From the IMG/VR virus record IMGVR_UViG_3300044641_005543: DNA of 64,000 nucleotides; one strand, given 5' to 3'. Made by a program: the position numbers and the translations under genes. The stretch comes from an uncultured virus (IMG/VR IMGVR_UViG_3300044641_005543) (lineage: Duplodnaviria; Heunggongvirae; Uroviricota; Caudoviricetes). Positions 29,479 through 39,817 of the stretch are shown piece after piece. Every line of letters begins with the position of its first letter. The first letter of the stretch is position 1. The notes under the pieces were generated by a model. The model saw only the letters and a program-made list of their open reading frames with translations, was not told the origin of the DNA and did not search any database.

Positions 29479-29863
29479 TGGTTATATTAAAAATTGATGT
29501 TATTATTGTATTAATATTATTCATAACTTCTCTATCTATAAATGCTTTACCAAAACCAACCCTAAAGCGATATCTAGTAAAAATATCCAATGTTTCTACA
29601 CCATCAACTTCCTGAATTATAGTAGCTATTCTATTAGACAGATTAAAGTTAGTATGGCCTATCCAAAAATTAAAAATTTTCGAACAATCAGTATATTCAT
29701 TATATGGAATCATTCCCATATTTGTTAATAATACTTTGTGATATTTTACTGAATCGTCTACAGTCTCCTTTTCTATGTCTTCAAAATAGTTTGTATCATC
29801 GGTATCATCTTTACCAAATGGATCAGACCATTTTTCCCATATAATTTTAGGACTATCTAACAT
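29471..29863 (-). CDS. hypothetical protein
   Basis: 130-aa operonic ORF. Confidence 0.6.
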   Translation of the reverse strand: MLDSPKIIWEKWSDPFGKDDTDDTNYFEDIEKETVDDSVKYHKVLLTNMGMIPYNEYTDCSKIFNFWIGHTNFNLSNRIATIIQEVDGVETLDIFTRYRFRVGFGKAFIDREVMNNINTIITSIFNITND

Positions 29864-30161
29864 TTTGTTTGAATGTTAATAAAGGATCTATCATTGGTTT
29901 ATGTTTATCATTTAAATAGTTTGTTGCCCAAGAACTTAATATATAATCAACAATATGTTTATTATTGCTATTTTTGATTGACTTTAATTTATCTATTATA
30001 TCAGCACTAATCGGACTATTATACATCAACAAATGAAGAAATGAACCTATATGATTCGCGTCTATTTCAGACACATTCTGTTTTGGTAGACATATATTAT
30101 AGTCCCCATTACTATAGTATTCAATTGAAAATATTGACTTATTACGCTTTTTAAAGAACAT
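29853..30161 (-). CDS. hypothetical protein
   Basis: start moved to the ATG just after the sigma-factor stop. Confidence 0.5.
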   Translation of the reverse strand: MFFKKRNKSIFSIEYYSNGDYNICLPKQNVSEIDANHIGSFLHLLMYNSPISADIIDKLKSIKNSNNKHIVDYILSSWATNYLNDKHKPMIDPLLTFKQNVR

Positions 30162-30165
30162 ATTA

Positions 30166-30810
30166 TTATATGAGTCTTTGAATTTTTTCAATAGATTTTT
30201 TAATATTTTGTCTGACTGCTTCTCTAGTAATATTAAATTTTTTACCAATTTGTGCAAAAGTCTGATTTTCAAGATAATATAATCTTAAACATTCTCTTTG
30301 ACGATCAGATAAAATATTGTTATTATCTGATAATATTTGATCAATCATATGTTTATTTTCAGAACCACTTTCCTTGTCTAACAAAATATCTAATGGGGAT
30401 TTGCTAGAGTCTGGTATAATGTCTAATAATGATAAATTTTCATCATTAAATTTAGTATCAATATCGACAGAATGACCTTTATTTTTTTTATACTTCTTTC
30501 TTGTCATATAGCTTTTTATGGCCCAAATGGCACATTGATTTCTATAAGAGTATTTATTCTTTTGTTGTCCACTTTCTCCTTTACGTTCTTTATCCCATCT
30601 CCAATCGGCCATCATGATACAATTAGCTACATTAGCTATAGCGTCTTCACTTTTTAGCATTTCCTTGCCTAAACTTGGAGAAAAGTTTTTAGCAAATTTA
30701 GATATAGTTTTTTTAGCTAAATCTAGATATACAGATAATGACTCAAATTCAATTGTAGAATGGTCTTGATATTTAATTTTTTGATTACCAACAGATACAA
30801 TATCTATCAT
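30166..30810 (-). CDS. sigma70-family RNA polymerase sigma factor
   Basis: region-2-like EDAIANVANCIMMA..RWD; region 4 LSDRQRECLRLYY...TFAQIGKKFNITREAVRQ. Confidence 0.8.
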   Translation of the reverse strand: MIDIVSVGNQKIKYQDHSTIEFESLSVYLDLAKKTISKFAKNFSPSLGKEMLKSEDAIANVANCIMMADWRWDKERKGESGQQKNKYSYRNQCAIWAIKSYMTRKKYKKNKGHSVDIDTKFNDENLSLLDIIPDSSKSPLDILLDKESGSENKHMIDQILSDNNNILSDRQRECLRLYYLENQTFAQIGKKFNITREAVRQNIKKSIEKIQRLI

Positions 30811-30859
30811 GTTTTTCCTTTTTAAAAGTCCTAGTAAATATATTCTTAACTAATTTTAG

Positions 30860-31441
30860 TTATTTAGTTAATTTTTTCCATTGCTTTGGATCTGGTCGAT
30901 CCGGGTCTCCGGGCTTTGCTGGTCTATATTTTTTTCCTTCTCTTTCTTTCTTTTTTCGTATATTTTCCCATAGTCCAGGCTTATCCTCTGACATTGTTTC
31001 TTCAACAGGTGCCGTAACTATACTATCGTCCTTTGAGGGCTGAAAAGTATAGTGCGGAAGATTTTTTATTTTAACTTTTTTTTTATGTTCTGCTGCTTCT
31101 GTGTCAGTTTCTGTGCGTCCAAACATAACAAAATTATGAATTGTTAACATATAATCTTCAGTAATAGCAATTTTACCCTGTAGCCAGCTTTCTGTCAAGG
31201 CTTCTCTTACGGACGGATTATCTAATGCTTGTAATATAACATTAGCGTGTGTCATTATTGACTTTATGGATCCAATGCTCATTTGATAAAAATCATTTTT
31301 ATATTCCATCATTTCCATTTCTGGACTTTCAACTTCCATTTCTTCAATTTTGGTAAAATCTCCATCTTCTGATTTGGTTTTGAGATTTTCATTTACTGAA
31401 TTTAATATATCTTTAAAACGTTCGCTCATTTTAATATCCAT
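30860..31441 (-). CDS. hypothetical protein
   Basis: ESWLQGKI...EDY and KPGLWENIRKK segments of a kind seen in large phages. Confidence 0.6.
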   Translation of the reverse strand: MDIKMSERFKDILNSVNENLKTKSEDGDFTKIEEMEVESPEMEMMEYKNDFYQMSIGSIKSIMTHANVILQALDNPSVREALTESWLQGKIAITEDYMLTIHNFVMFGRTETDTEAAEHKKKVKIKNLPHYTFQPSKDDSIVTAPVEETMSEDKPGLWENIRKKKEREGKKYRPAKPGDPDRPDPKQWKKLTK

Positions 31442-31926
31442 TCTTTATAATTAAGATAAAATTGCTTTAAGTGTTCTTCATCTCTTATCATTCCTTCAAT
31501 TATATTACACTGTACGCATAAAATTCCTCTAATCTTACCTGTATCATGATTATGGTCAATTACTGCGGCATTGCCCCTATTTTTTGAATGATGACGAACC
31601 TCAATACCACAGATGCTACAATGTGATATAAGTCTTAATTCTTTTAGTTCTTTATGATCAATGTTATATTTCGTTGTAAATTTATAACAAGTAGTACATA
31701 ATCCTGAATTAAAATAAATGTGTCTAGTTTGATAACATGACTCACATTGACCAATATTTCCCTTGCTCATTCTGCATAATTTACAAAACTTATGTTTTTT
31801 GGATTTAAAACCAACGCCACATTCACACGTTTGAGATTTTATTTTACATTGATCGCAAAATTTTCTAAAATTTTCTGATACTTGATTTAATTTACATTTT
31901 CGGCATTTTCTCATTATTATCACCAA
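31426..31926 (-). CDS. endonuclease VII-type homing endonuclease
   Basis: CSICG...IDHNHDTGKIRGILCVQCN; Cys-rich N-terminus. Confidence 0.8.
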   Translation of the reverse strand: MVIIMRKCRKCKLNQVSENFRKFCDQCKIKSQTCECGVGFKSKKHKFCKLCRMSKGNIGQCESCYQTRHIYFNSGLCTTCYKFTTKYNIDHKELKELRLISHCSICGIEVRHHSKNRGNAAVIDHNHDTGKIRGILCVQCNIIEGMIRDEEHLKQFYLNYKEWILK

Positions 31927-32429
31927 CTCTTACATGCCCAATACCGACTTTTCCAACGAGGACCAGGATTATCACAATTATGTCTTGCTCTGAAACTTCT
32001 ACGGCGCTCAGGAATATTTTTCTTAATTGTCATGTTAGGATCACCAAATCTAACTATAACAACATTACCACTTTCATTTTTTACATATACCGCAAATTTC
32101 TTAGGACCATCTGGTGTTCTAAATGGCTTATTAAGAGTTACTTTGCGTCCTTGATATTCTGAAGCAATAACTTTACCGTCTTCATCATAAATTTCGTTAA
32201 CTTCAACTTCATATACAAATTCATTCCATTCATCATCCCAAGTATAATTTTGTGCAAATAATTCGTCATGTACCTCTTCTAATAAATTTCCTTTTGTACG
32301 GGTTTGTCCGAGACAAATAGCTACTCTTTGTTTATTATCTGGATATTCTTTTTTCATAGTCTCATTACCCATGCAACGAGACACATAAGCATTTTTATCT
32401 TCGTTTTGTTTTCTTTTTGGAATAGGCAT
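31920..32429 (-). CDS. conserved phage protein
   Basis: YQGRKVTLNKPFR...FGDPNM...SFRARHNC...RYWAC; AAGGAG SD. Confidence 0.65.
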   Translation of the reverse strand: MPIPKRKQNEDKNAYVSRCMGNETMKKEYPDNKQRVAICLGQTRTKGNLLEEVHDELFAQNYTWDDEWNEFVYEVEVNEIYDEDGKVIASEYQGRKVTLNKPFRTPDGPKKFAVYVKNESGNVVIVRFGDPNMTIKKNIPERRRSFRARHNCDNPGPRWKSRYWACKSW

Positions 32430-32459
32430 ATATTATCTCCTTGTAATTAGATACACCAA

Positions 32460-33527
32460 TCAATTGATCATATTAGAATATATGATATTGGCTGTATTAT
32501 GCCAGGATAAATTATTGGCTGTTTTTAATCCATAAGAATTATCTCTTATATTATTTTTATAAACATATCTCATATGTTCGATAAATTGATCGATTTGTTT
32601 TTCTTCTATGGATGCCCAATTTCCACTACCATTAAACCATATACCGTCGTTTGCTGGTACGGTAGTATCTATATCAACTAAATAAGCATTGTCTTTATTG
32701 CAAAACTGTGTGTGTGCAGAATAGTTTGTGATGATAATTGGTTTATCCATAGCCATCATTTCTATTGCTTCATTATTCCATCCTTCTGCCCTTGATGGAA
32801 AAATACCACAATCAGCATAGCTCATAATTTGTGCCAATGATATTTGATCAGGAATGCGTGGAAAAAATCTTATTTTAGATGATAGTTTAGAGTTATTATA
32901 TAAATTTATCCATTGTTTAATTTGGTCTTGATTTAAAAATGGATTATGATTGATCATCCATAGTTCCACATCGTCATTTTCATTAAATGCATTATTAAAT
33001 AAATCCACTAAAATATCATGACCTTTTCTAATTTCAAACTTACCAATATTGATAAATATGTATGTATTTTTATTTTTTTTATCTTCCGGTTTTTGAGCAT
33101 TAAAAATGCTAGTATCAACTCCCATAGGACACACGATAATGTCTTTTTTTATTCCGTTATTTTGTAAAACATTTTTTGCCCATTCAGAAGGCATAAATAT
33201 AATATCAGCAATATTATAGCTTTGCTGTTCGATCTCTGTTAATTTATCTATTTCAAAGAAAGATAATACTCCGTATTTACCATCTCCATGAGTTTTAGTA
33301 AAGAAATCATTAGCATGCCATAATTTAAAAGAGGGTGCTGATTTATCAAAATGGCTTCTAGATCCTATGCCATTTTTTATGCATTCTATATCCCATCCCT
33401 TTTCAGCATTAATATTACCTATTGGAAAAAGCAAACTATTATTATTTAAATAATAAATTTGACGCCATATATTATATCCGGTAATCCCATAGCCTGTATA
33501 ACTATCTACTGGTGAAATTATATTCAT
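32460..33527 (-). CDS. GT-B (GT4) glycosyltransferase
   Basis: RKGHDIL; FPSRAEGWNNEAIE (E-x7-E). Confidence 0.85.
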   Translation of the reverse strand: MNIISPVDSYTGYGITGYNIWRQIYYLNNNSLLFPIGNINAEKGWDIECIKNGIGSRSHFDKSAPSFKLWHANDFFTKTHGDGKYGVLSFFEIDKLTEIEQQSYNIADIIFMPSEWAKNVLQNNGIKKDIIVCPMGVDTSIFNAQKPEDKKNKNTYIFINIGKFEIRKGHDILVDLFNNAFNENDDVELWMINHNPFLNQDQIKQWINLYNNSKLSSKIRFFPRIPDQISLAQIMSYADCGIFPSRAEGWNNEAIEMMAMDKPIIITNYSAHTQFCNKDNAYLVDIDTTVPANDGIWFNGSGNWASIEEKQIDQFIEHMRYVYKNNIRDNSYGLKTANNLSWHNTANIIYSNMIN

Positions 33528-34648
33528 TTTTCATAAACCTTATTATGTGTATTATTGACTTGTATAAATGTTGTTTTCTTGCCGAAATCTTTAATTTTAT
33601 CAGCACCTATATATGTACAAGCGCTTCTAAGGCCACCATAGATATCATATAGTATTTCTTCTGCTGGTCCTTTATATGGAACAGTAACGCACTTACCTTC
33701 TGCTGTTCGATAATTAGCTACTCCATTATGATGTTTATCCATAGCGTTTTTACTACTCATGCCATAATACTTTAAAGATATTTTTTTGTTAGGAGTAGAA
33801 TATCCTGGATTTAGTGTTTGCCAAAATCCCGGAGCAGAGGATCCTGCCTCAACATAATACTCATACTCCCACTCTCCTTCGCATTCTTCAGTTCCTGCAA
33901 ATACGCTTCCTAGCATTACAAAATCACTATTACCACCAAAAGCCTTACAAATATCTCCAACTACTTTGCAGCCACCATCAGAACATATGTGTCCACCAAG
34001 ACCATGAGCAGCGTCAGCACACTCCATCACAGCACTCAACTGTGGATATCCAACGCCAGTTTTTAAACGGGTAGTACAAACACTGCCTGACCCTATACCA
34101 ACTTTGACTATATCAACTTTGCCATGAAGTATAAGTTCTTCGACCATTTCAGGAGTAACCACATTACCAGCCATAATTATAACTTCTGGAAAAGTTTTGC
34201 GTAGGTGTGCTGCTGTTTTAACAAATTGTTCTGTATATCCATTAGCAACATCAAGACATATATTAGGCAGTAACATATGATGTTTGTGCAACTTATCGAA
34301 AACATTATTAATTTTTTCTAAATCTTTTTGTGATGTTCCTGTTGAATAAAAAACATAATCTTTTAGATCAGGGTATTGTCTATAAAAATCTACTAATGAT
34401 TCTATAGAATAGTGTTTATGTAAACATACTATACTTTTATGTTTACTAACAACTTTTGCCATATCAAAAGTACCAACAGTATCCATGTTTGCAACCATTA
34501 TCGGTATGCAATTTAGGTGTCTAGGAGAATGAACGAAATGAAAATCTCTTAATAAAGAGACTTGTTTTCTACTTGTTAGAAAAGATCTCTTGGGCCTAAT
34601 AAGAACATCATCAAAATCTAGTTTAGTTTCATTAATTATTTTTTGCAT
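33524..34648 (-). CDS. guaC: GMP reductase
   Basis: KLDFDDVLIRPKRS, ANMDTVGTF, DVANGY, KVGIGSGSVCTTR, GGLRSACTY. Confidence 0.92.
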   Translation of the reverse strand: MQKIINETKLDFDDVLIRPKRSFLTSRKQVSLLRDFHFVHSPRHLNCIPIMVANMDTVGTFDMAKVVSKHKSIVCLHKHYSIESLVDFYRQYPDLKDYVFYSTGTSQKDLEKINNVFDKLHKHHMLLPNICLDVANGYTEQFVKTAAHLRKTFPEVIIMAGNVVTPEMVEELILHGKVDIVKVGIGSGSVCTTRLKTGVGYPQLSAVMECADAAHGLGGHICSDGGCKVVGDICKAFGGNSDFVMLGSVFAGTEECEGEWEYEYYVEAGSSAPGFWQTLNPGYSTPNKKISLKYYGMSSKNAMDKHHNGVANYRTAEGKCVTVPYKGPAEEILYDIYGGLRSACTYIGADKIKDFGKKTTFIQVNNTHNKVYEK

Positions 34649-35171
34649 TGAAGAAGTACCATCTTTTGTGCGTGTCTATATTTTCTGAAGTGTGTATATG
34701 TTCTAAATAGTTTTTAATCTCATCCCAGTTGGAAAAAATCATTTGGTGAGGAATTGTTCCAAACAGCCAATCTGGAGTTTTATTTTTACCTTGAACCATA
34801 TGTACTATAATAGGCTTTTTCTGGCGGTTTGCCCAAAAAATTTCTTCATAGGTTCCACAAGGATGAATATCTAGATCCAAATTGACTATAAGAAAATCAC
34901 TAATATCTACGAGACGTAAATCTACAGCACGAATAGTTTTCATCATTGCACTTAGCTCATCATATCTATTCATCTGTTTGAGCTTTGTTTTTATTTGGTG
35001 AGTATCATGATCTTCTAATCCAATATCTGTTGGTTTACTAATTGGATTAAATACTACTATACCTAAATCTTGTAGGAACGGAGTGATATTATCCCTCCAT
35101 CCTGTTCCACGATCTGCTACTCTGTCCATGGCTCCAGCAAGATAAACTCTTTGATTATTTAGTCTCTTCAT
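34632..35171 (-). CDS. nucleoside 2-deoxyribosyltransferase-like protein
   Basis: VYLAGAM, VFNP, DL..V..SD, GTYEE. Confidence 0.7.
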   Translation of the reverse strand: MKRLNNQRVYLAGAMDRVADRGTGWRDNITPFLQDLGIVVFNPISKPTDIGLEDHDTHQIKTKLKQMNRYDELSAMMKTIRAVDLRLVDISDFLIVNLDLDIHPCGTYEEIFWANRQKKPIIVHMVQGKNKTPDWLFGTIPHQMIFSNWDEIKNYLEHIHTSENIDTHKRWYFFNAKNN

Positions 35172-35946
35172 TAAAACTCCGCAGTGTCATTCTATACTCG
35201 TTCAAATATTTAATATACAAATTTGGATAGTTTGGTAATGGAATATCTCCCTTTTTCCATCTCGTACTATCCTGTTTTGTAGCAACAGCAAATTGACATC
35301 TTTTAAATCTCGAAATGGATGATAAGATATTATAATATTTAAATGATAATAATAATACTGTTTCTGGATTAGGGTTATGTTTTTTTGATATCTCTTGAAA
35401 TCCAATATCAGAATCCATATATTCTACCACACCAAGCATTTGGTGAAAAATTTTAGATGGGAAAATATGATGTCTGTCTGTGATCCCCCCATAATCCTCT
35501 CCTTCTGGTATCCATATTTTATCATTAGGTAGAACTGGATGTTTATATTGATAAAAATGATCCGATCTTGTTAGGATAATTCTATCATATTCATTTATAA
35601 TATTATAGCAATTCTGTTTAAGAAAATGTCTAAATGCAAATATAATAGCTCCAGATCCGTTATATTTGTTTAATCCTCCAGCTAAACCATGACGCTGTCC
35701 ACAAAGAAATGATTTTTTCCAAAAATTATGAAAAAACTGCTCATAGTAATCTGTCCAATCATCATATTCATCTATTTCAAATATATATTTTGCTATCTTG
35801 TATAGACTAGATGATGCGTTAATAGTTTTACCAAAGCATAACAATAAATCTGCATTATAAGGATCTATAAGATTATTATACAGTGTATTCCATGCGGTTT
35901 CACCACCACGAGCATTACCTATTAAAATTATTAATGTTTTTTCCAT
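35155..35946 (-). CDS. putative glycosyltransferase-like protein
   Basis: YDRIILTRSD and GGITDRH; lies within the glycan cluster. Confidence 0.5.
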   Translation of the reverse strand: MEKTLIILIGNARGGETAWNTLYNNLIDPYNADLLLCFGKTINASSSLYKIAKYIFEIDEYDDWTDYYEQFFHNFWKKSFLCGQRHGLAGGLNKYNGSGAIIFAFRHFLKQNCYNIINEYDRIILTRSDHFYQYKHPVLPNDKIWIPEGEDYGGITDRHHIFPSKIFHQMLGVVEYMDSDIGFQEISKKHNPNPETVLLLSFKYYNILSSISRFKRCQFAVATKQDSTRWKKGDIPLPNYPNLYIKYLNEYRMTLRSFNEETK

Positions 35947-35947
35947 A

Positions 35948-38041
35948 TCAATTATGATTTATTATATGCGGTTCTAGCAGATATTTTTTTTGTTCAAATA
36001 ATACTGGCGACACCCACCAATAATCCCATGAACGAACCTTATCTTTTGGTACCCAGTTAACATAAGACGGATCATTACTTTTATCAAATGGATTTTTAAT
36101 CTTAATATATCCATTAGAAATTAAAATTTTATTATTGTGTAAATTTTCTGCACTAATTAATAGAATTTGTCTTTTATTAAAATCAATACCTTCAATCACT
36201 GATTCTTCAACTCCTTCAACATCAAGTGATAAATAATCTATTATATATGGCGCATCAATTTCATCTAATAATGAATTTAATGTTTTTTGAGATAATTTTT
36301 TAATTATTTTATTTTTCACCGCATTATCATAAAGTACAATAATATCTTTTCTACCCATAGAATCTTCTGTTGATAATTTATTGAAGGATTCTTGAGTACA
36401 AGATAATTCATGATAATCTTGATTAGTAAATTCAATAAAATCAACACTATCACAATTAGAATTGCCCAAAACACAATTAATATTTTTTGAGTTAGGTCTA
36501 TTTTTATTTAAAAAATTAAACTTACTTGTTGGTTCAACAAGCACCCCTGTCCAACCTAATATATTTTCTAAAAAATAAGTATTAGAACTATTTTTTCCGT
36601 CACAAGCACCAGCTTCTATATAATATCCTTTATGGGTATTACCAAATATATAATGTACAAACTGATCGTTATGTGTTATATTGGAGGTATAATTCAATAC
36701 TTTTTGTGATTTTGTTATAAATAAATCTTTAGATACAATAAAAGAAGTAATATCATTAGATTCATTAGGATTTTGTTTAATTAATTTTTTATTATTAATA
36801 ACATATAACTTTTTATCAGAATTAAACCAAACAAACGCTATTGGTGTTTTATAATCAAACTGAATAGCTCTTTGTGTATTAGTATGACAATTTATCCAAT
36901 AGTCATTAATAGCTAAATATATATCTTCTATACAATCATATGATCCAATAAAATAGCAATCATTATTATTAAATGGCCTAAAAGTATTTATACTCGGTAT
37001 ATCTTTAGATAAGATATTAGTATTAGTTTTAATCAAGCAGTCTTTTACATCTAATGTATCAAAAGTATTTTTATAATATAAATTATATTTTTTAATCCAT
37101 TTTTCTACATAATTTGTTACTAGAACATTGGAATTTTTAACTGCTGGATATAATCCACCCCAAGAAAGAGAATTTTTACTATCATAATGTCCACTAAAGG
37201 TGGCATGTTCATAACACCAATCGTTAAAGTGATATACTTTGTTTCTATCCATAAATATCTGTATAGTAACAGCTTGACTAATTAGATCATTCCATCTACG
37301 AGTATATTGATATCCGCTATTATCATAATTTTGAAGAAATTTTTGTACATCATCTCTCATCCAAAAACTTAATTTACTAATCAAGAAATTATTATAATAA
37401 CCTAAAATATTATGTTTTTTAGTTGTAGAAATTTCATTATATAATCCATATCTATTTAAAAATGTTGGCGTAATATTATTATTATCACAATAATTTTTAC
37501 AAAATTCTATTAATCCACGAGATACAGATATGTGATCGTTACAATACGAGCGAAATCCATATTCATATCCATTGTCATACATGAATTTAAATAAATCATA
37601 TTCTATTCTAGAATGTAATAATGAATCATCGTCCATCCTCATGTACCATTCATATCCCAAATTAATTAAATATTTATAAATTAGTATACCATACCATCTC
37701 ATCATATTACGATACCCAACAGAAAATTTCGGGTCTGCCCACAATTTAGGATCCGGATTATTTTTGAGCTCATCACATTGTGGAGGACACCATAGTTCAT
37801 CTGGAATTAATTGAAATTTAATTTCTTTTCTGTCTTTAGTTATCTCCCTAATATCTGATTCTGTAAATGGATATTTTTTATCATAAAAAATAATAATATC
37901 ATGTTTAAATTCATTGTTATAATTTAGATATAAAGTATCTAAACTTTTTTCTAACATACTTCTTGAGTCTCTACCATAAGATTCATCTCTTTTGGTATTC
38001 ATGGCTAAATATACAATTACCGTTTTATCTTTATTATACAT
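35948..38041 (-). CDS. GT15 (KRE2/MNT1-like mannosyltransferase) fused to FkbM-family methyltransferase
   Basis: YRNMMRW, YMRMDDD, YNNF.I, RWND; C-terminal IEAGACDG..SNT, YLSLDVEG. Confidence 0.75.
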   Translation of the reverse strand: MYNKDKTVIVYLAMNTKRDESYGRDSRSMLEKSLDTLYLNYNNEFKHDIIIFYDKKYPFTESDIREITKDRKEIKFQLIPDELWCPPQCDELKNNPDPKLWADPKFSVGYRNMMRWYGILIYKYLINLGYEWYMRMDDDSLLHSRIEYDLFKFMYDNGYEYGFRSYCNDHISVSRGLIEFCKNYCDNNNITPTFLNRYGLYNEISTTKKHNILGYYNNFLISKLSFWMRDDVQKFLQNYDNSGYQYTRRWNDLISQAVTIQIFMDRNKVYHFNDWCYEHATFSGHYDSKNSLSWGGLYPAVKNSNVLVTNYVEKWIKKYNLYYKNTFDTLDVKDCLIKTNTNILSKDIPSINTFRPFNNNDCYFIGSYDCIEDIYLAINDYWINCHTNTQRAIQFDYKTPIAFVWFNSDKKLYVINNKKLIKQNPNESNDITSFIVSKDLFITKSQKVLNYTSNITHNDQFVHYIFGNTHKGYYIEAGACDGKNSSNTYFLENILGWTGVLVEPTSKFNFLNKNRPNSKNINCVLGNSNCDSVDFIEFTNQDYHELSCTQESFNKLSTEDSMGRKDIIVLYDNAVKNKIIKKLSQKTLNSLLDEIDAPYIIDYLSLDVEGVEESVIEGIDFNKRQILLISAENLHNNKILISNGYIKIKNPFDKSNDPSYVNWVPKDKVRSWDYWWVSPVLFEQKKYLLEPHIINHN

Positions 38042-39044
38042 GATTACCTTTGATATTATTTAGTTGATTATTTATCCATTCATATGTTTGTTTAAGTCCA
38101 TTAATCAATGGTAATGATGGTTGCCATGATAATTTTTCTGCAATTAATTTATTATCAGAATTTCTACCATTAACACCAACAGGGCCACTAATATTAGATA
38201 TACCAATATTTTTACCAGAAATATCTATTATCATTTTAGCAAATCCATTGATACTCACCATTTCTTCTGATCCAATATTTACTGGTCCTATAAAATCTGA
38301 TCTCATTAATCTAATAGATGCTTCAACGCACTCGTCTATAAACAAAAATGATCTAGTTTGTTGTCCATTTCCCCAAACTTCTATAGATGTATTATTAGGT
38401 GCCAATATAACTTTTCTACATAATGCAGCAGGGGCCTTTTCTCTTCCTCCGTCATATGTCCCTTCTGGACCAAAAATATTATGATATCTAGCAATCCTTA
38501 CATTCAAATTATAGTTTCTCATAAAGGATAAATATAATCTTTCACTAAATAATTTTTCCCATCCGTATTCACTGTCTGGTGCTGCTGGATACGCTGAATC
38601 TTCTGAGCATTTTGGATTATTAGGATCTTCTTGATTATATGCTGGATAAATACACGCACTACTACTATAGAAAAGTCTTTTTACAGATTTAAGCACAGCT
38701 TCCTTGGCAACATTAATATTAATTAAAGCGGAGTTATGCATAACATCGGCATCATGTGTGCCAGTAAAAATATATCCAGCACCACCCATATCTGCTGCTA
38801 ATTGATAAACTTCATCGAAACTATTTGAATAGTCATCTTGACTAGTTTGTTTTGGAGCAAACATAGCTCTTGAAACTAGTGATTGGTCTCTTAGATCTCC
38901 AATTATAAAATCATCAGCTTTTGTTTCGGAAAAATCTGGATATTTTAAATCAACTGATCTTACCCAAAATCCTTCTGATTTAAGCCTTTTGACTAAATGA
39001 GAACCTATAAATCCCCCGCCTCCACAAACTAATGCTGTTTTCAT
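38034..39044 (-). CDS. GDP-mannose 3,5-epimerase-like SDR
   Basis: GGGGFIG, LAADMGGAGYI, YGWEKLFSE, GREKAPAA. Confidence 0.88.
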   Translation of the reverse strand: MKTALVCGGGGFIGSHLVKRLKSEGFWVRSVDLKYPDFSETKADDFIIGDLRDQSLVSRAMFAPKQTSQDDYSNSFDEVYQLAADMGGAGYIFTGTHDADVMHNSALININVAKEAVLKSVKRLFYSSSACIYPAYNQEDPNNPKCSEDSAYPAAPDSEYGWEKLFSERLYLSFMRNYNLNVRIARYHNIFGPEGTYDGGREKAPAALCRKVILAPNNTSIEVWGNGQQTRSFLFIDECVEASIRLMRSDFIGPVNIGSEEMVSINGFAKMIIDISGKNIGISNISGPVGVNGRNSDNKLIAEKLSWQPSLPLINGLKQTYEWINNQLNNIKGNHV

Positions 39045-39679
39045 ATAACCTCAACTATATGTTTATATCGTGTATGATATTTAAAATCATGAAATCCAAA
39101 AGAATTATTAATATTTATATCGCCAACTTCAGTAGAAAATGTATAGCCTATTTTAGAATTAGCATATTTACATCCCAATGATTCAAACTTTTGTCTCAAT
39201 ACTATACACAATTCAACATCTTCATTATGTTGTATATTATGCTTTTCGCATATTGTTTTTTGACAGCTTAAAAATTGCTTACTTTTTAAGCAAAATCCAC
39301 CATTGCCAACCATATGATTGAACCAGGGCCAAGGAGCACCAATATAATCATATTCCAAAAATTCATCTCTCCAAGCATCAGGATTTACTATAAAACCATC
39401 CCAATTAATACACAAGAAATGACCGCTAAACTTTGGATCAACATTGGATAATATTATTTCTGGACTTTCATAAACAATAAATTTTTGATATTCTTTTATA
39501 GATGGTATATTTTTTATTAAAATATGTCTAATATTTGATTCGGTAATTATACTATCTGTTAGATATATAGTGTCATAAAATTTTACTAACTTCTGACAAT
39601 AATTGATTGCCTTGATGGTTTCTGGTACTTTTGTTGATCCAAAAGCCACTAGTATAACTTGGTTAGATAAATCTAACAT
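39041..39679 (-). CDS. putative glycosyltransferase-associated protein (DUF5672-like)
   Basis: WDGF, FLEYDYIGAPW, VGNGGF, EDV, FGFH. Confidence 0.7.
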   Translation of the reverse strand: MLDLSNQVILVAFGSTKVPETIKAINYCQKLVKFYDTIYLTDSIITESNIRHILIKNIPSIKEYQKFIVYESPEIILSNVDPKFSGHFLCINWDGFIVNPDAWRDEFLEYDYIGAPWPWFNHMVGNGGFCLKSKQFLSCQKTICEKHNIQHNEDVELCIVLRQKFESLGCKYANSKIGYTFSTEVGDININNSFGFHDFKYHTRYKHIVEVI

Positions 39680-39817
39680 ATTATTTACCTAACCAATAAT
39701 TTATCATACTTTTATTTGGTATTCGATGAGTACAATTCTTTAATTCTATTATAGATTTAGTATATCCTACAGTTAAGCCAATAAATAAAAAACAAATTAA
39801 TAGAAAATACATAAGTA

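Noticed and set aside
30860..32429. Group I intron splitting one gene around the EndoVII ORF
   Set aside because: The endonuclease ORF abuts or overlaps both neighbours, leaving no room for a ribozyme core; both flanking ORFs have their own start and stop.
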